Assembly: GCF_004010195.1 (NCBI RefSeq)
Contig: NC_057715.1
Span: forward strand, 4,609,624 to 4,673,623
Length of the DNA: 64,000 nt
Reading direction: 5' to 3'
Origin: Chiloscyllium plagiosum
Lineage: Eukaryota
Shown here: positions 63,806 through 64,000 of the stretch, one piece after another
Numbering within the stretch: the first letter of the stretch is position 1
Layout: the number at the start of each line of letters is the position of its first letter
The notes under the pieces: generated by a model
Databases searched by the model: none
What the model saw: only the letters and a program-made list of their open reading frames with translations
Told to the model about the DNA's origin: nothing
Made by a program: the position numbers and the translations under genes

Positions 63806-64000
63806 CCTGATGAAGGAGCGTCTCTCCAAAAGCTAGTGTGCTTCCAATTAAACCTGTTGGACTATAACCTGGTGTTGTGTGATTTTTAACTTTGTACACC
63901 CCAGTCCAACACCGGCATCTCTGAATCAAATAAAGCTGTTGGACTATAACCTGGTGTCATGTGATCTTTAACTTTGTCCACCCCAGTCCAATACTGGCCC
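63806..64000 (+). mobile_element. PLE pLTR end with partial tandem repeat and hammerhead core remnant
   Basis: CTGATGA at 63807-63813, ggag..ctcc stem, aaaagcta. The segment ctgttggactataacctggtgt...ccccagtcca occurs twice. Confidence 0.85.

Noticed and set aside
63173-63889. Long ORFs of 183-238 aa
   Set aside because: Artefacts of translating through the 500-N gap.
1-64000. CRISPR array, prokaryotic operon or defence system
   Set aside because: No regularly spaced repeat-spacer array and no gene-dense region; the window is vertebrate repeat-rich DNA.

Overview
Eukaryotic, repeat-dense, essentially non-coding window. The repeat content points to a cartilaginous fish, probably a shark (inference): HE1-type V-SINEs, abundant CR1 LINEs, Deu-type SINEs and Penelope-like elements. 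I recognise no intact host protein-coding gene, rRNA, tRNA gene or CRISPR array. Nearly all listed ORFs are sense or antisense reads of decayed transposons. The window holds many CR1 fragments (largest ~5.45-7.94 kb +, ~42.9-45.5 kb -, 50.6-51.9 kb +) and about ten HE1-like SINEs. It also holds Gmr1-like Gypsy gag/pro pieces and LTRs, Harbinger transposase and Myb remnants, several families of Penelope-like elements (PLEs) and a 500-N scaffold gap. Four signals deserve a second look. (1) Short PLE-derived fold-back elements carry minimal hammerhead-ribozyme cores, 10-17 bp TSDs and an unpaired 33-37 nt tail, and their breakpoints repeatedly fall just upstream of the ribozyme core. (2) A LINE whose endonuclease ORF is directly preceded by a tRNA-derived SINE head and body. 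(3) An old local duplication gives an empty-site/filled-site pair and repeated mini-exon-like splice signals. (4) An unexplained ~200-codon open frame lies in unique sequence. Coordinates of old repeats are approximate, and family names come from motif recognition, not database searches.
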